Source: Actinomycetota bacterium
GTDB taxonomy: Bacteria > Actinomycetota > Actinomycetes > Actinomycetales > Microbacteriaceae
Reading direction: 5' to 3'
NCBI GenBank assembly: GCA_041180285.1
Contig: JBEGRV010000002.1
Coordinates: forward strand, 2,813 to 66,812
DNA length: 64,000 bases
This document shows, in pieces, positions 27,067 to 36,210 of the stretch. Under the pieces are notes generated by a model, which was not told the origin of the DNA, made no database searches, and saw only the letters and a program-made list of their open reading frames with translations. Within the stretch, counting starts at the first letter, position 1, and the number at the start of each line of letters is the position of its first letter. Made by a program: the position numbers and the translations under genes.

Positions 27067-28023
27067 TTGAGTAATCAAAGTGAAAGCAACCGCACATCCA
27101 AAGTGATGTCGATGTCTGATGCCATTGCAAAGTACGTTTTCAGCGGGGCAACGGTCGCAATCGAAGGATTCACACACGCTATTCCTACAGCAGCAGGTCA
27201 CGAAATTATTCGCCAAGGCTTCAAAGACCTGACTTTGGTAAGACAAACCGCCGACATCGTGGTGGACCAGATGCTCGCAGGTGGGTGCATCAGTACGCTG
27301 GTCTCCTCGTTCGTTGGAAACTCTTCGGCTGGCTCTCTGGGGGAGATCCGCAGGCGAATTGAAGACTCCGATCCCGTGAAGCTTAATTTCGTTGAATACA
27401 GCCACTACGGAATGGTTTGCCGCTATCTTGCTGGCGCTCAGAAGCTACCTTTCTATCCGCTCAAATCTTTTTTTGGAAGCGACCTACCAAAAATTAATCC
27501 GGAGATTAGAAAAGTCACCTCCCCATACCCAAACTCGGACGGCGGGTTTGATGAAATTTATGTTGTTCCCGCGATTAATCCAGACGTGACAATCGTTCAT
27601 GCTCAGCGCGCAGACCAATGGGGAAATATCCAAATGTGGGGCCTCACCGGGTTGCAGGCAGAGGCTGTTTTCGCGGCCAAAAATGCCATCGTCACAGTTG
27701 AAGAAATTGTTTCCGATGAGGTAGTCCGATCAGATCCAAACCGCACAATCATTCCTGCACATGCCGTATCAGCGGTGGTAGAGGTGCCATTCGGAGCCCA
27801 TCCTTCTTTCACGCAGGGCTATTACGACCGCGATAATGCTTTTTACCGCGAATGGACCGGCATCAGCGGCGAGAAAGAATCGATTCAAAACTGGCTTAAG
27901 ACGTGGGTATACGGCACAAAAAACCACGCCGAATATGTGGCTTTGATGTCGGAAGAGACGAAACAACGGCTCGAGGTAGGGGAAGCGATGAGCCTTCCAA
28001 TTAACTACGGTTCAAGGCTATGA
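27067..28023 (+). CDS. CoA-transferase subunit A (glutaconate / 3-oxoadipate CatI type)
   Basis: EGFTHAIP.AAGHEIIRQ, IVHAQRADQWGN, TVEEIV, GAHPS..GYYDRDN; AGGAGG RBS. Confidence 0.9.
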   Translation: MSNQSESNRTSKVMSMSDAIAKYVFSGATVAIEGFTHAIPTAAGHEIIRQGFKDLTLVRQTADIVVDQMLAGGCISTLVSSFVGNSSAGSLGEIRRRIEDSDPVKLNFVEYSHYGMVCRYLAGAQKLPFYPLKSFFGSDLPKINPEIRKVTSPYPNSDGGFDEIYVVPAINPDVTIVHAQRADQWGNIQMWGLTGLQAEAVFAAKNAIVTVEEIVSDEVVRSDPNRTIIPAHAVSAVVEVPFGAHPSFTQGYYDRDNAFYREWTGISGEKESIQNWLKTWVYGTKNHAEYVALMSEETKQRLEVGEAMSLPINYGSRL

Positions 28024-28808
28024 GTGAGGTCAATATGGAAACTCAAACAAATTTTTCAATCGATGAGTTACTTACCGTCACCGCGGCACGCGCACTGGCC
28101 GGTAAGAATGTAGTCTTTGCGGGCATCGGTTTGCCAACACTTGCCGTATCTCTTGCGCAAGAGACCACCTCACCCAACATTGAGGTCATCTATGAATCAG
28201 GTGTATGCGGCGCGCACCCGTCAGCACTTCCAGCAACTATCGCAGACTCGGTGCTAATCACCGGATCAGAAGCGGTGCTGAATTTGGCAGCGCTATTTGG
28301 CTATGTCCTCCAGGGTGAGCGAATCGACGTTGGCTTCTTGGGTGCCGCCCAAATCGATAAATTTGGAAACCTGAACTCCTCGGTAATCGGTGACTGGCAC
28401 AATCCGAAGAAGCGACTACCTGGTTCGGGCGGAGCACACGAGGTGCTGGCCAACGCCCGCGAAACATTTGTAATTATGCGCCGGCACACAAAACGATCGT
28501 TTGTGACCGAATGCGACTTCATCACATCAGCATCACCAGATCGCGCTATCGCTGAGGGTGCCAGATCAAACGCCAAGGGAGTTACCCGGGTATTTACCCA
28601 ATTTGGAGTTTTGGCCCGCGAAAACGTCGGAGAAGAGTTGATCTTGACCGGAATTCACGCCGGCGTAGACGTTGCCGAGGTCATAGCCGAAACCGGCTGG
28701 GACCTCAAAGTGAGCCCAAATTTGGAAATACTGCCGGTGCCTACCCAGGCAGAACTCGAGCTGCTACGAAATGAAATAGACCCCAACGGAATGTACCTGA
28801 GGCCATAA
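28020..28808 (+). CDS. CoA-transferase subunit B (glutaconate / 3-oxoadipate CatJ type)
   Basis: FAGIGLP, IYESG (catalytic Glu), DVGFLGAAQIDKFGNLN, RLPGSGG; ATGA overlap with subunit A. Confidence 0.9.
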   Translation: MSEVNMETQTNFSIDELLTVTAARALAGKNVVFAGIGLPTLAVSLAQETTSPNIEVIYESGVCGAHPSALPATIADSVLITGSEAVLNLAALFGYVLQGERIDVGFLGAAQIDKFGNLNSSVIGDWHNPKKRLPGSGGAHEVLANARETFVIMRRHTKRSFVTECDFITSASPDRAIAEGARSNAKGVTRVFTQFGVLARENVGEELILTGIHAGVDVAEVIAETGWDLKVSPNLEILPVPTQAELELLRNEIDPNGMYLRP

Positions 28809-28810
28809 GT

Positions 28811-29911
28811 ATGATCATCAAATCAATTGAAGTTATTCCATACGCAATCGATTACAAAAAACCACTTAAATTTGCAAGCGGAATGGTTAACGTGGCCGAT
28901 CACGTGCTACTAAAACTTGTCACCGAAGATGGCGTAGTTGGTTATGCAGACACACCACCGCGACCCTACACCTACGGCGAGACCCAAGGCTCGATCGTCT
29001 CAGTAATCGAAACGCTATTTGCACCAAAGTTGGTGGGTCTCAAACTAACCGACGCCGAAAGAATTCGAGAAGTTTTGCACAAAACCATCGGAAACGACGC
29101 AGCCAAAGGCGCAATTGATATCGCTATCTGGGACGCACTCGGCAAAACACTAGAGTTACCGGTTCACCAACTACTTGGCGGGTATGCAAACAGCCTAAAG
29201 GTTTCACACATGCTCGGCTTTGACGAACCAGCTGTGGTTCTTGATGAGGCACTTTCAATGCGGGAGCAGTATGGCATCAACGCATTCAAAGTCAAGGTCG
29301 GCAGGTCCCCAGCAAAGCTGGATCTAGCAATCTGCAAGGCACTTCGTGATGGCCTGGGCGATAGTGCCGACATTTATGTCGACGCAAATCGTGGCTGGAC
29401 TGCAAATGAAGCTTTGGCTGCACTACCAGCCCTTATGGACGCTGGAATTAGCACCTTTGAAGAGCCATGCGATGCCAAAGACGCAATGGGGCGACGGGAA
29501 CTAGTCAAGAAATCGCTTATCCCGATTGTTGGCGATGAGAGTGTTCCTACCCCAGGTGATGTATCTCGTGAACTGCTTTCAGGCGGATGCACCGCGATCA
29601 GCATAAAAACGGCCCGCGGTGGCTTCTCAAATGCCACTCGAGTCTTAGACCTATGCGAGGGCCTCGGCGTTGAGGTAATGATTGGCAATCAGATCGACAC
29701 TCAAATCGGAACTGCAGCCTCGCTTGCGTTTGGCGCGGCAAAAAAAGCAACCACCAAAAAAGCTGCAGAGCTGTCTAACTTCCTTGACATGGCCGACGAC
29801 TTGGTCGCTGAACCACTGACGATTGCCAATGGTGAAATGCGAGTTTCGGCGCTACCTGGGGTAGGCGTTGAAATCGATTTAGAAAAACTCGAGCGATACC
29901 GACTTCGTTAG
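28811..29911 (+). CDS. Muconate cycloisomerase-like enolase-superfamily enzyme (Mycobacterium smegmatis anti-MLE type)
   Basis: KPLKFASG, PPRPYTYGETQ, VSHMLGF, FKVKVG, DAN, EEP, DES, ISIKTAR, GNQID, ELSNFLDM closely recall the M. smegmatis MLE. Confidence 0.85.
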   Translation: MIIKSIEVIPYAIDYKKPLKFASGMVNVADHVLLKLVTEDGVVGYADTPPRPYTYGETQGSIVSVIETLFAPKLVGLKLTDAERIREVLHKTIGNDAAKGAIDIAIWDALGKTLELPVHQLLGGYANSLKVSHMLGFDEPAVVLDEALSMREQYGINAFKVKVGRSPAKLDLAICKALRDGLGDSADIYVDANRGWTANEALAALPALMDAGISTFEEPCDAKDAMGRRELVKKSLIPIVGDESVPTPGDVSRELLSGGCTAISIKTARGGFSNATRVLDLCEGLGVEVMIGNQIDTQIGTAASLAFGAAKKATTKKAAELSNFLDMADDLVAEPLTIANGEMRVSALPGVGVEIDLEKLERYRLR

Positions 29912-29915
29912 AAGC

Positions 29916-30602
29916 TTAATTTAGGAATTCTGCAACCAGGTCAAAGATCACTTCTGGAGCTTCCTCGACTAAGTCATGCCCAAATGGAACTTTCTTGGTT
30001 ATCCAGTCAGGTCTCTGGCTGAGCTCTTCATAAATCGGTTTGAACGGGCTCAACATTGCAGGGTTGTGAAAGTACTCTTCGGCAAAGACATAAAGTTTTT
30101 TGGGACCACTAAAAATAGCCTCGTCGTAGTTCAATGGTTGCAAAATCGTCCCTAACGGGTGCGGCATCAACCTTGGTCTAATAGCTTTGAAGCCTGGGTC
30201 TGGGTATGAATTTAGGCCATCAAATGCAGAAGCCAGAAAACCGTTTCTGAAATCATCATCGATTAGATCCCAAAGTCGCTGGCCAGGTTTGGGCAAAATT
30301 GCATCTAGGTAAATCAACCCCGAAACCTTTGCAGCCGTTTTAGCTGCTACCCCGGTGCTAACCATGCCTCCATAGCTGTGTGCTAAAAGCACCACATCTT
30401 CGAGTGAATTTTTTTCGATTATCTCTAAAACATCATTTATGTGAGTGTCGAGATTTACCGGACCATCAGTTGGGTTTTCATGGTCAAGCCCACTCAGGCT
30501 CGGTGCATACACACGGTGACCCAGATCACGAAGTCGATCAGAAATCGGATCGAACCACCAACCGCCGTGACCGCTTCCCGCAATCATTACTAAATTTGCC
30601 AT
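29916..30602 (-). CDS. Alpha/beta hydrolase (methyl/aryl esterase-like)
   Basis: HGGWW, AHSYGG nucleophile elbow, YLDAILP.PG, GHD. Confidence 0.85.
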   Translation of the reverse strand: MANLVMIAGSGHGGWWFDPISDRLRDLGHRVYAPSLSGLDHENPTDGPVNLDTHINDVLEIIEKNSLEDVVLLAHSYGGMVSTGVAAKTAAKVSGLIYLDAILPKPGQRLWDLIDDDFRNGFLASAFDGLNSYPDPGFKAIRPRLMPHPLGTILQPLNYDEAIFSGPKKLYVFAEEYFHNPAMLSPFKPIYEELSQRPDWITKKVPFGHDLVEEAPEVIFDLVAEFLN

Positions 30603-31783
30603 TAGATCAGCTCCTTTGCCGGCTGCTTTCTCAATAACAATAACGAAGTGGCGGCAAGCAGGTAGACGACTGCTATAAAAATTGAGAGTGATTCCGAGCT
30701 AGTTCCTACCAAAACAGTAATCAGCGCAATAGAAAGAGCGCCTGAGGCCGAGGAAATCAAACCGAGAAGGCCCGCGGCTGTGCCTGAAGTTTTACCCTGG
30801 TTTTGCATGGCTACCGCGGTGCTGGTCGGCGAGATGAACCCAACAGCAGCGAAACAAATAAATAGCCCGATTTCAAACAAAACAAAATTCGATGGAAAGA
30901 CCGCAGAGACCAGAAAGGACATAGCTGCAAGTGCTGCGACCTGGATACCAATTTTGTAGGTTGCCAAAGTTTTATAGCGCTTTATCAGCGCCTTATTGAG
31001 AAAGCTTGCCCCTAATAAACCGAGCCCGTTGAAAACCAGGAGAAGGCTGAACTGTTCGGCGCTCAACCCAAAATCAATTTGAGCTGCAAACGAGCCGGTA
31101 GAAAGATAGCCGAACAACCCGGCTGTCGTAAAAGCGCTCCCGATTAGCCCTGCGATGAAATTTCGATCTTTGAACGCATTTGTCCATCCAGAAGTAATCC
31201 CGGAAAGATTAAATTTTACGCGCCTTTCCTGGGGCAAGGTTTCTGGAATGCCTAGGTATGCAGCGACAAAAATTACTGCGGAAACGGCAGCCAGAAAGAT
31301 AAAGATCCCCCTCCAGTCAGCCACCAATAAAAGTAATCCACCAATCGCCGGGGCAATGATTGGAGCAATGCTCTTAACAATCATCAGCGACGAGTAGATG
31401 CGAGCTGAAGTATCACCAAAAGTAGAATCACGAACCATCGCCATTGTCACCGTCATTCCGGTGGCCGCCGAGAAACCTTGGATAAATCTCAAGACCAGTA
31501 TGAAGCCGAGATTTCCAGCTACTGCTATCAAAATCGAGGACAAAAAGTAGCCAAAAATTGAGACCAAAATCAGCGACCGCCGCCCTTTTGAATCACTGTA
31601 TGGGCCGGAGACAAACATTCCCGCAATCATTCCGACGAGGTTTATGAAGATGGTCATTTGTATGCCAGCTTCTGAACTTCCAAGATCTTTTGCCATCTCT
31701 GGCATAGCTGCGATGTAGGTGTCAAAAGTGAATGGGCCAAGCATTTGCAAAGCACCAAGCAGCAGGACAGTTTGTTTTCTCAT
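30602..31783 (-). CDS. Bcr/CflA-family MFS transporter
   Basis: D.YI.AMP.MA.DLG, GPYSDSKGRR, RFIQG, APIIAPAIGG, PETLP. Confidence 0.9.
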   Translation of the reverse strand: MRKQTVLLLGALQMLGPFTFDTYIAAMPEMAKDLGSSEAGIQMTIFINLVGMIAGMFVSGPYSDSKGRRSLILVSIFGYFLSSILIAVAGNLGFILVLRFIQGFSAATGMTVTMAMVRDSTFGDTSARIYSSLMIVKSIAPIIAPAIGGLLLLVADWRGIFIFLAAVSAVIFVAAYLGIPETLPQERRVKFNLSGITSGWTNAFKDRNFIAGLIGSAFTTAGLFGYLSTGSFAAQIDFGLSAEQFSLLLVFNGLGLLGASFLNKALIKRYKTLATYKIGIQVAALAAMSFLVSAVFPSNFVLFEIGLFICFAAVGFISPTSTAVAMQNQGKTSGTAAGLLGLISSASGALSIALITVLVGTSSESLSIFIAVVYLLAATSLLLLRKQPAKELI

Positions 31784-31874
31784 TTAAATGAAACTCCAGA
31801 AATCGGTCTGCAACACGGTAGCAGACAACTGCATCCAACTTTCTACTAAACTGCAACTCCTGTACTAAGCAAAG

Positions 31875-33002
31875 GTGCCGACTATGGAGCTCACCCACTC
31901 ATTTACAGAGGCTGATTATTCTCAGGTTCTCGAAATCTTCAAACAGATCAACCCTGATGAAAAAAAATCACAGTTGGTTATAAAGGTCAAAGGTAAAACG
32001 GTAATTGATCTTGCGGCGGGCGTTAGCCCTGACAATTTGACAACTGTCTTTTCAGTTAGTAAGGCACTGTCTGGGTTGGCCATTGCAAAACTAGTTGGTG
32101 ACGGCTTACTAAATCTTGACGAAAAAATGGCGCACTATTGGCCTGAATTTGCGGCTGAAGGAAAGGCTGATCTAACTGTTCGTCAAGTACTCAGCCATCA
32201 AGCTGGATTGACTGCAACCCATCCTCAACTTTCTGAGGACCAAGTACATCACGACCACGCCGCTGCCGCAGCGCTTGCAAAACAGAAGCCTCTGTGGAGA
32301 CCCGGTAGCGGTTTTGGATATCACGGTCTAACCATTGGCCCACTCATGAGTGAGCTTTGCTTCAGAATCACCGGAAAGACGATTCAACAATATTACGATG
32401 CTGAGATTCGCAAGCCTGCCAACGCAGATGCTTACCTAGGGCTCCCAGAAGAACTGGAGCACCGCGTAACGGAGCTCGATCTCTCTGCAATTCCGATGAG
32501 CACTGAGAGACAAAAACAGTTTGCCCGGCCCGCCGATTACCATTCAAGTGGTTTGGCTGAATGGAGCAAAGGCACAATTAGCTTCGATTTTCTTACCGGT
32601 CGTGAGGGTCGAGCTTTTGGCCTACCTTCTGCAGCCGGCGTGGCCTCAGCCCGAGGCCTGACTGATGTAATGCAGTGGGCGGTTGGCTTCGGCTCGAATT
32701 CAAGTGGTGTGCCTACTCGGGTGCTCGAAGACATGTCGCAGCAGCAGGTGTACGGTTACGATCTTGCTCTGGAAGTTGACCACAGAGCGTTCGGCACCGT
32801 ATTTCAGAAACCTACTTCAAGTCTTCCATTTGGCTCTTACGCAGCATTCGGCCACGACGGTGCCGCAGGCGCCCTACTGTACGCAGACCCCCAGGGTGAA
32901 ATCGTGCTCGGCTATACGGTTGCCAAGTTCGTTGCTCCAGGTGGTTTCGATAGGGATTTGCAACCGATTATTGACACCGTGAGAAGAATTGCAAATAGCT
33001 AG
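31875..33002 (+). CDS. Serine hydrolase, beta-lactamase/class VIII esterase family
   Basis: FSVSK (SxxK), LSHQAG, GYH, FGHDGAAG. Confidence 0.88.
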   Translation: MPTMELTHSFTEADYSQVLEIFKQINPDEKKSQLVIKVKGKTVIDLAAGVSPDNLTTVFSVSKALSGLAIAKLVGDGLLNLDEKMAHYWPEFAAEGKADLTVRQVLSHQAGLTATHPQLSEDQVHHDHAAAAALAKQKPLWRPGSGFGYHGLTIGPLMSELCFRITGKTIQQYYDAEIRKPANADAYLGLPEELEHRVTELDLSAIPMSTERQKQFARPADYHSSGLAEWSKGTISFDFLTGREGRAFGLPSAAGVASARGLTDVMQWAVGFGSNSSGVPTRVLEDMSQQQVYGYDLALEVDHRAFGTVFQKPTSSLPFGSYAAFGHDGAAGALLYADPQGEIVLGYTVAKFVAPGGFDRDLQPIIDTVRRIANS

Positions 33003-33649
33003 TTTGTAATTCGTAAGTTCGAGAAATAAGCTTCACTGCCAATGTCGACTCGCAGACCTACGCGTCCTGATGTTGTTTTGCAAAGTGAACCAATTACCTC
33101 AAGCGACTTATCGCCATTTACGTAAGCAATTACACCCGCCTCACTCACGTCAAGACGTAACGTAACCCACTCGTTGAGCCCGAGATTAGCGGCTGCTTCG
33201 TAAACTCCTGGAAAATTTTCGCGAAGGTAATCGAATTTGGCGTCGGGAAACGCAAAATACTGGATTCCGCGTTCATTTCTCGGGGCTGGTGGATTTTCTT
33301 TAAGTCCGTTTGTGCCACGGATGTATACAGATTCGAAATTCTTAATATCTTCATCGATGTGGTACGCCAGACCTGAAAATCCGCGGTCTTCGGGCGTTGC
33401 ATCCGGAGCAAGCACTGTGTAGATGTCAACCTCGAGAGTGCCGGTAGAAAATTCAATTGGAAGCAAAACAAAATTTTCGGTGTCAATGTAATCAACATTT
33501 GCGACACCATTTGTTCTGATGTCACTTGGCAGCGCCACCCACAGGCAGTCGCGGCCATCAAAACTACGTGGCTCAGCCACAACCTTGCTAAGTACAGATC
33601 CGGCTGGCAGCACATCTAGTTTTAATTCGGTCAATTTACTCTTCTCCAA
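32999..33649 (-). CDS. Hypothetical protein, probable concanavalin/DUF1080-like beta-sandwich
   Basis: FSTGTLEVDI, FESVYIR, EWVTLRLDV, GRVGL.V, YFSNLRI pattern; family call is inference. Confidence 0.6.
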   Translation of the reverse strand: MEKSKLTELKLDVLPAGSVLSKVVAEPRSFDGRDCLWVALPSDIRTNGVANVDYIDTENFVLLPIEFSTGTLEVDIYTVLAPDATPEDRGFSGLAYHIDEDIKNFESVYIRGTNGLKENPPAPRNERGIQYFAFPDAKFDYLRENFPGVYEAAANLGLNEWVTLRLDVSEAGVIAYVNGDKSLEVIGSLCKTTSGRVGLRVDIGSEAYFSNLRITN

Positions 33650-33762
33650 AACTGTTCAAAAGAACTACAAATCGACTCATACGCTATCGGATGTGAGTTA
33701 GCAAAACTGATAAAACCGGCTAAGTTCTGAGTTTTGAGGCCGTGTTAAAGAACTAAATGTGA

Positions 33763-35487
33763 CTACAGCCTCAGTCCGAATCCAAATTTAAACAACGGAT
33801 TTTCAGTATCAAAAGGAACATCTTCACGACTGGCTTCGACGGCCGCCATCGAGCTCGGTAAATCGAATGGCAACTTCCCCTCCGGTTGTTCTTCACCAAA
33901 CACAACTTTGAGTAGTGCGCTATCAGCCGCCCCGTAATCGACGATGATTGCGCTCATTTGATCAGCAATAGGGGTGAGAATTGCTGGACGATCCAGGTAA
34001 ACATTGAAAATTGTCGGAACTGTATTGGCAATCAGATTAAAGTGCTCAACTTTGTTTGTTGGAAAATCAAGTGAACCTGCATGAAAAAATGACTCAAAAC
34101 CGGCGCCACGCGGTTCAAATGGTGCTTCGGTCCGGATAATCGCGAAATCTGCAGCTTCTGGGCTATCGACTATTTCGCCGTAACCCTCGAGCGAATCTTG
34201 ATGCACGCCCTCGACATAAAGCTTCAACCCACGAGCAATCGGGAGAATCTCATTTTTCAAAAGGGTCAGTGACCTGCGCTGCGCGTCTAAACCGGCTGCC
34301 CGGTATTCAGCTGTGCCAGCGAGTTCGTTAGCCCGGGAGGCATCGACCATGGCATTTTCAAACATACCTAGAGCCAATTTCTGTGCGACGATACGTTTAA
34401 CAGACTCGTCAATCCGTTGCTCGGTGACCAAACCATCGGCTAACGCCTCCAGCAAAATTTCCGTGCAGTATTCGCCACCGAATTGATCGACGCCCGCGTC
34501 AATTGCTTTCACGATGCGTTCTTTCGGCGATAGGTGTTCGGCACCCCAGGCCCTTGCCGGCCACATCTGGCCCAAAATTGCAGCATCGGTCAGAATTCCC
34601 CAGTCAGCACAGACAACGCCATCAAAGCCGAGCTCGTCGCGCAGTAATTCCGAAATAATCTGCCTGTTGAAACCGAAAGCTACTTCTTCATATTTCAATC
34701 CGATTGGCATCCCGTAGTAAGGCATGATCTGCGCCGTGCCAGCTGCAATTGCGGCTTTGAACGGCTCTAGGTGATGGTCAAACATCCCTCCCGGATAAAC
34801 CTGCTCACGACCGTACGCAAAGTGTGGATCCTCACCATCTTTCTGCGGGCCGCCACCTGGAAAATGCTTAGTCATGCAAGAAACCGAAGCTTCACCAACT
34901 ACTTCGCCTTGAAAACCTTTTAGATAGGGCACCAGCATTTCAATTGTGAGCTCTGCACTTTCGCCAAAGGTTCCAGATCCGCGCGCCCATCGTGGTTCGG
35001 TCGCCAAGTCGATCTGAGGGTGCAGTGCTGTGCGCAGGCCAACTGCCAAGTACTCTTTTCTGGCTGTGTCTGCAAACTGGAACATCAAATCAGGATCGCC
35101 AATGGCTGCCAAACCAAGTGTTTCCGGCCACTGCGAAAAAGCTTCCGCTCGCGAGGCTGCTCCTGGGTTATGAGTGAAATGGTTTCTTGGATCAGAACTG
35201 ATCGTGATTGGAACCTTGAAATTCGCTTCCTTAGCGATTTCTTGCAGTTGGTTGTGCCACTCGGCCATCTGTTTCGGTGTGGGTGCCCCACCAACCGCGT
35301 TGAAATGGCTGATTCGTTTCTCTCTAATTTGATGTTCAACCGAAGGGCTATCCAGAAAGCCATTTTTACCCGTTGGGTCACCGACAGCCGCCATCGAGTG
35401 AAACATTTGGCCAACTTTGTCTTCGATTGGCATTGTTGCGACTATTTCAGCAGCGCGCTGATACATGTGAGAGAAAGGTGAAGTCAT
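33763..35487 (-). CDS. GH3 beta-glucosidase
   Basis: KVGQM, SSDPRN, EPRWAR..GTFGE, MTKHFPG, IMPYY, GFDGVVCADW, PEGKLPF. Confidence 0.93.
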   Translation of the reverse strand: MTSPFSHMYQRAAEIVATMPIEDKVGQMFHSMAAVGDPTGKNGFLDSPSVEHQIREKRISHFNAVGGAPTPKQMAEWHNQLQEIAKEANFKVPITISSDPRNHFTHNPGAASRAEAFSQWPETLGLAAIGDPDLMFQFADTARKEYLAVGLRTALHPQIDLATEPRWARGSGTFGESAELTIEMLVPYLKGFQGEVVGEASVSCMTKHFPGGGPQKDGEDPHFAYGREQVYPGGMFDHHLEPFKAAIAAGTAQIMPYYGMPIGLKYEEVAFGFNRQIISELLRDELGFDGVVCADWGILTDAAILGQMWPARAWGAEHLSPKERIVKAIDAGVDQFGGEYCTEILLEALADGLVTEQRIDESVKRIVAQKLALGMFENAMVDASRANELAGTAEYRAAGLDAQRRSLTLLKNEILPIARGLKLYVEGVHQDSLEGYGEIVDSPEAADFAIIRTEAPFEPRGAGFESFFHAGSLDFPTNKVEHFNLIANTVPTIFNVYLDRPAILTPIADQMSAIIVDYGAADSALLKVVFGEEQPEGKLPFDLPSSMAAVEASREDVPFDTENPLFKFGFGLRL

Positions 35488-35512
35488 AAGACCTCATCCT
35501 AGTTTTAAGTTC

Positions 35513-35541
35513 AAAACCCCACTCGTGGAGGAGTGGGGTTT
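35513..35541 (-). terminator. Intrinsic terminator after tRNA-Tyr
   Basis: AAACCCCACTC-CTCCAC-GAGTGGGGTTTT on the minus strand. Confidence 0.75.
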
Positions 35542-35543
35542 CG

Positions 35544-35625
35544 TGGCTAGTGAGGGATTCGAACCCCCGAAGGCTGTGCCGGCTGATTTACAGTCAGATC
35601 CCTTTGGCCGCTTGGGTAACTAGCC
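35544..35625 (-). tRNA. tRNA-Tyr (GTA)
   Basis: GGCTAGT..TCTGA-CTGTAAA-TCAGC, long variable arm, GGTTCGAATCC..ACTAGCCA, 82 nt. Confidence 0.96.
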
Positions 35626-35721
35626 AGTGCGGTTGAAAAACAAACGCTTGAAGAGTCTAACTGAAAAAACTCAGCCGGCGTAATCGAAGGCTGAACCGCT
35701 GATAACAATAGACTTCTAGTT

Positions 35722-36210
35722 ATGGCTGATTCATCATTCGACATCGTAAGCAAAGTTGACAAAATGGAGGCGTCTAACGCCCTAACCATGGCGCAGAAAG
35801 AAATTGACCAGCGCTATGACTTCAAAGGCACCGGTGCGAGTATCGAGTGGAGCGGCGACAAGATTTTGATGATTGCCAACTCTGATGATCGCGTTCGAGC
35901 CATTCTCGATGCTTTTCAGTCGAAGCTGGTTAAGCGCGGCATCTCGCTAAAGAGCCTCGACGCGGGTAAACCTTTTCCTTCGGGTAAAGAGTTCAGAATT
36001 GAAGCGACCCTAAAGCAAGGCATCGAGCAAGATCAAGCAAAGAAGATTTCCAAAATTATTCGGGAAGAAGCCCCGAAGTCAGTCAAGGCTCAGATTCAAG
36101 GTGATGAACTTCGTGTTCAAAGCAAGAGCCGCGATGACCTGCAAGAAACTATTGCTCTACTGAAAGGCAAAGACCTAGAGGTCGACCTTCAGTTTGTTAA
36201 TTTCCGCTAA
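35722..36210 (+). CDS. yajQ: YajQ-family nucleotide/c-di-GMP-binding protein
   Basis: SSFDIVSK, RYDFKGT, QIQGDELRV..KSRDDLQ, QFVNFR. Confidence 0.95.
   Translation: MADSSFDIVSKVDKMEASNALTMAQKEIDQRYDFKGTGASIEWSGDKILMIANSDDRVRAILDAFQSKLVKRGISLKSLDAGKPFPSGKEFRIEATLKQGIEQDQAKKISKIIREEAPKSVKAQIQGDELRVQSKSRDDLQETIALLKGKDLEVDLQFVNFR

Noticed and set aside
31875-33002. Beta-lactamase as an antibiotic-resistance gene
   Set aside because: It has no signal peptide, and the LSHQAG/GYH/FGHDG motifs fit cytoplasmic class VIII esterases.
16387-35625. Prophage or integrative element at tRNA-Tyr
   Set aside because: No integrase, phage gene or direct repeat of the tRNA 3' end was found in the intergenic regions I inspected.
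35547-35789. 80-aa minus-strand ORF
   Set aside because: It overlaps tRNA-Tyr and runs antisense to yajQ, so it is spurious.
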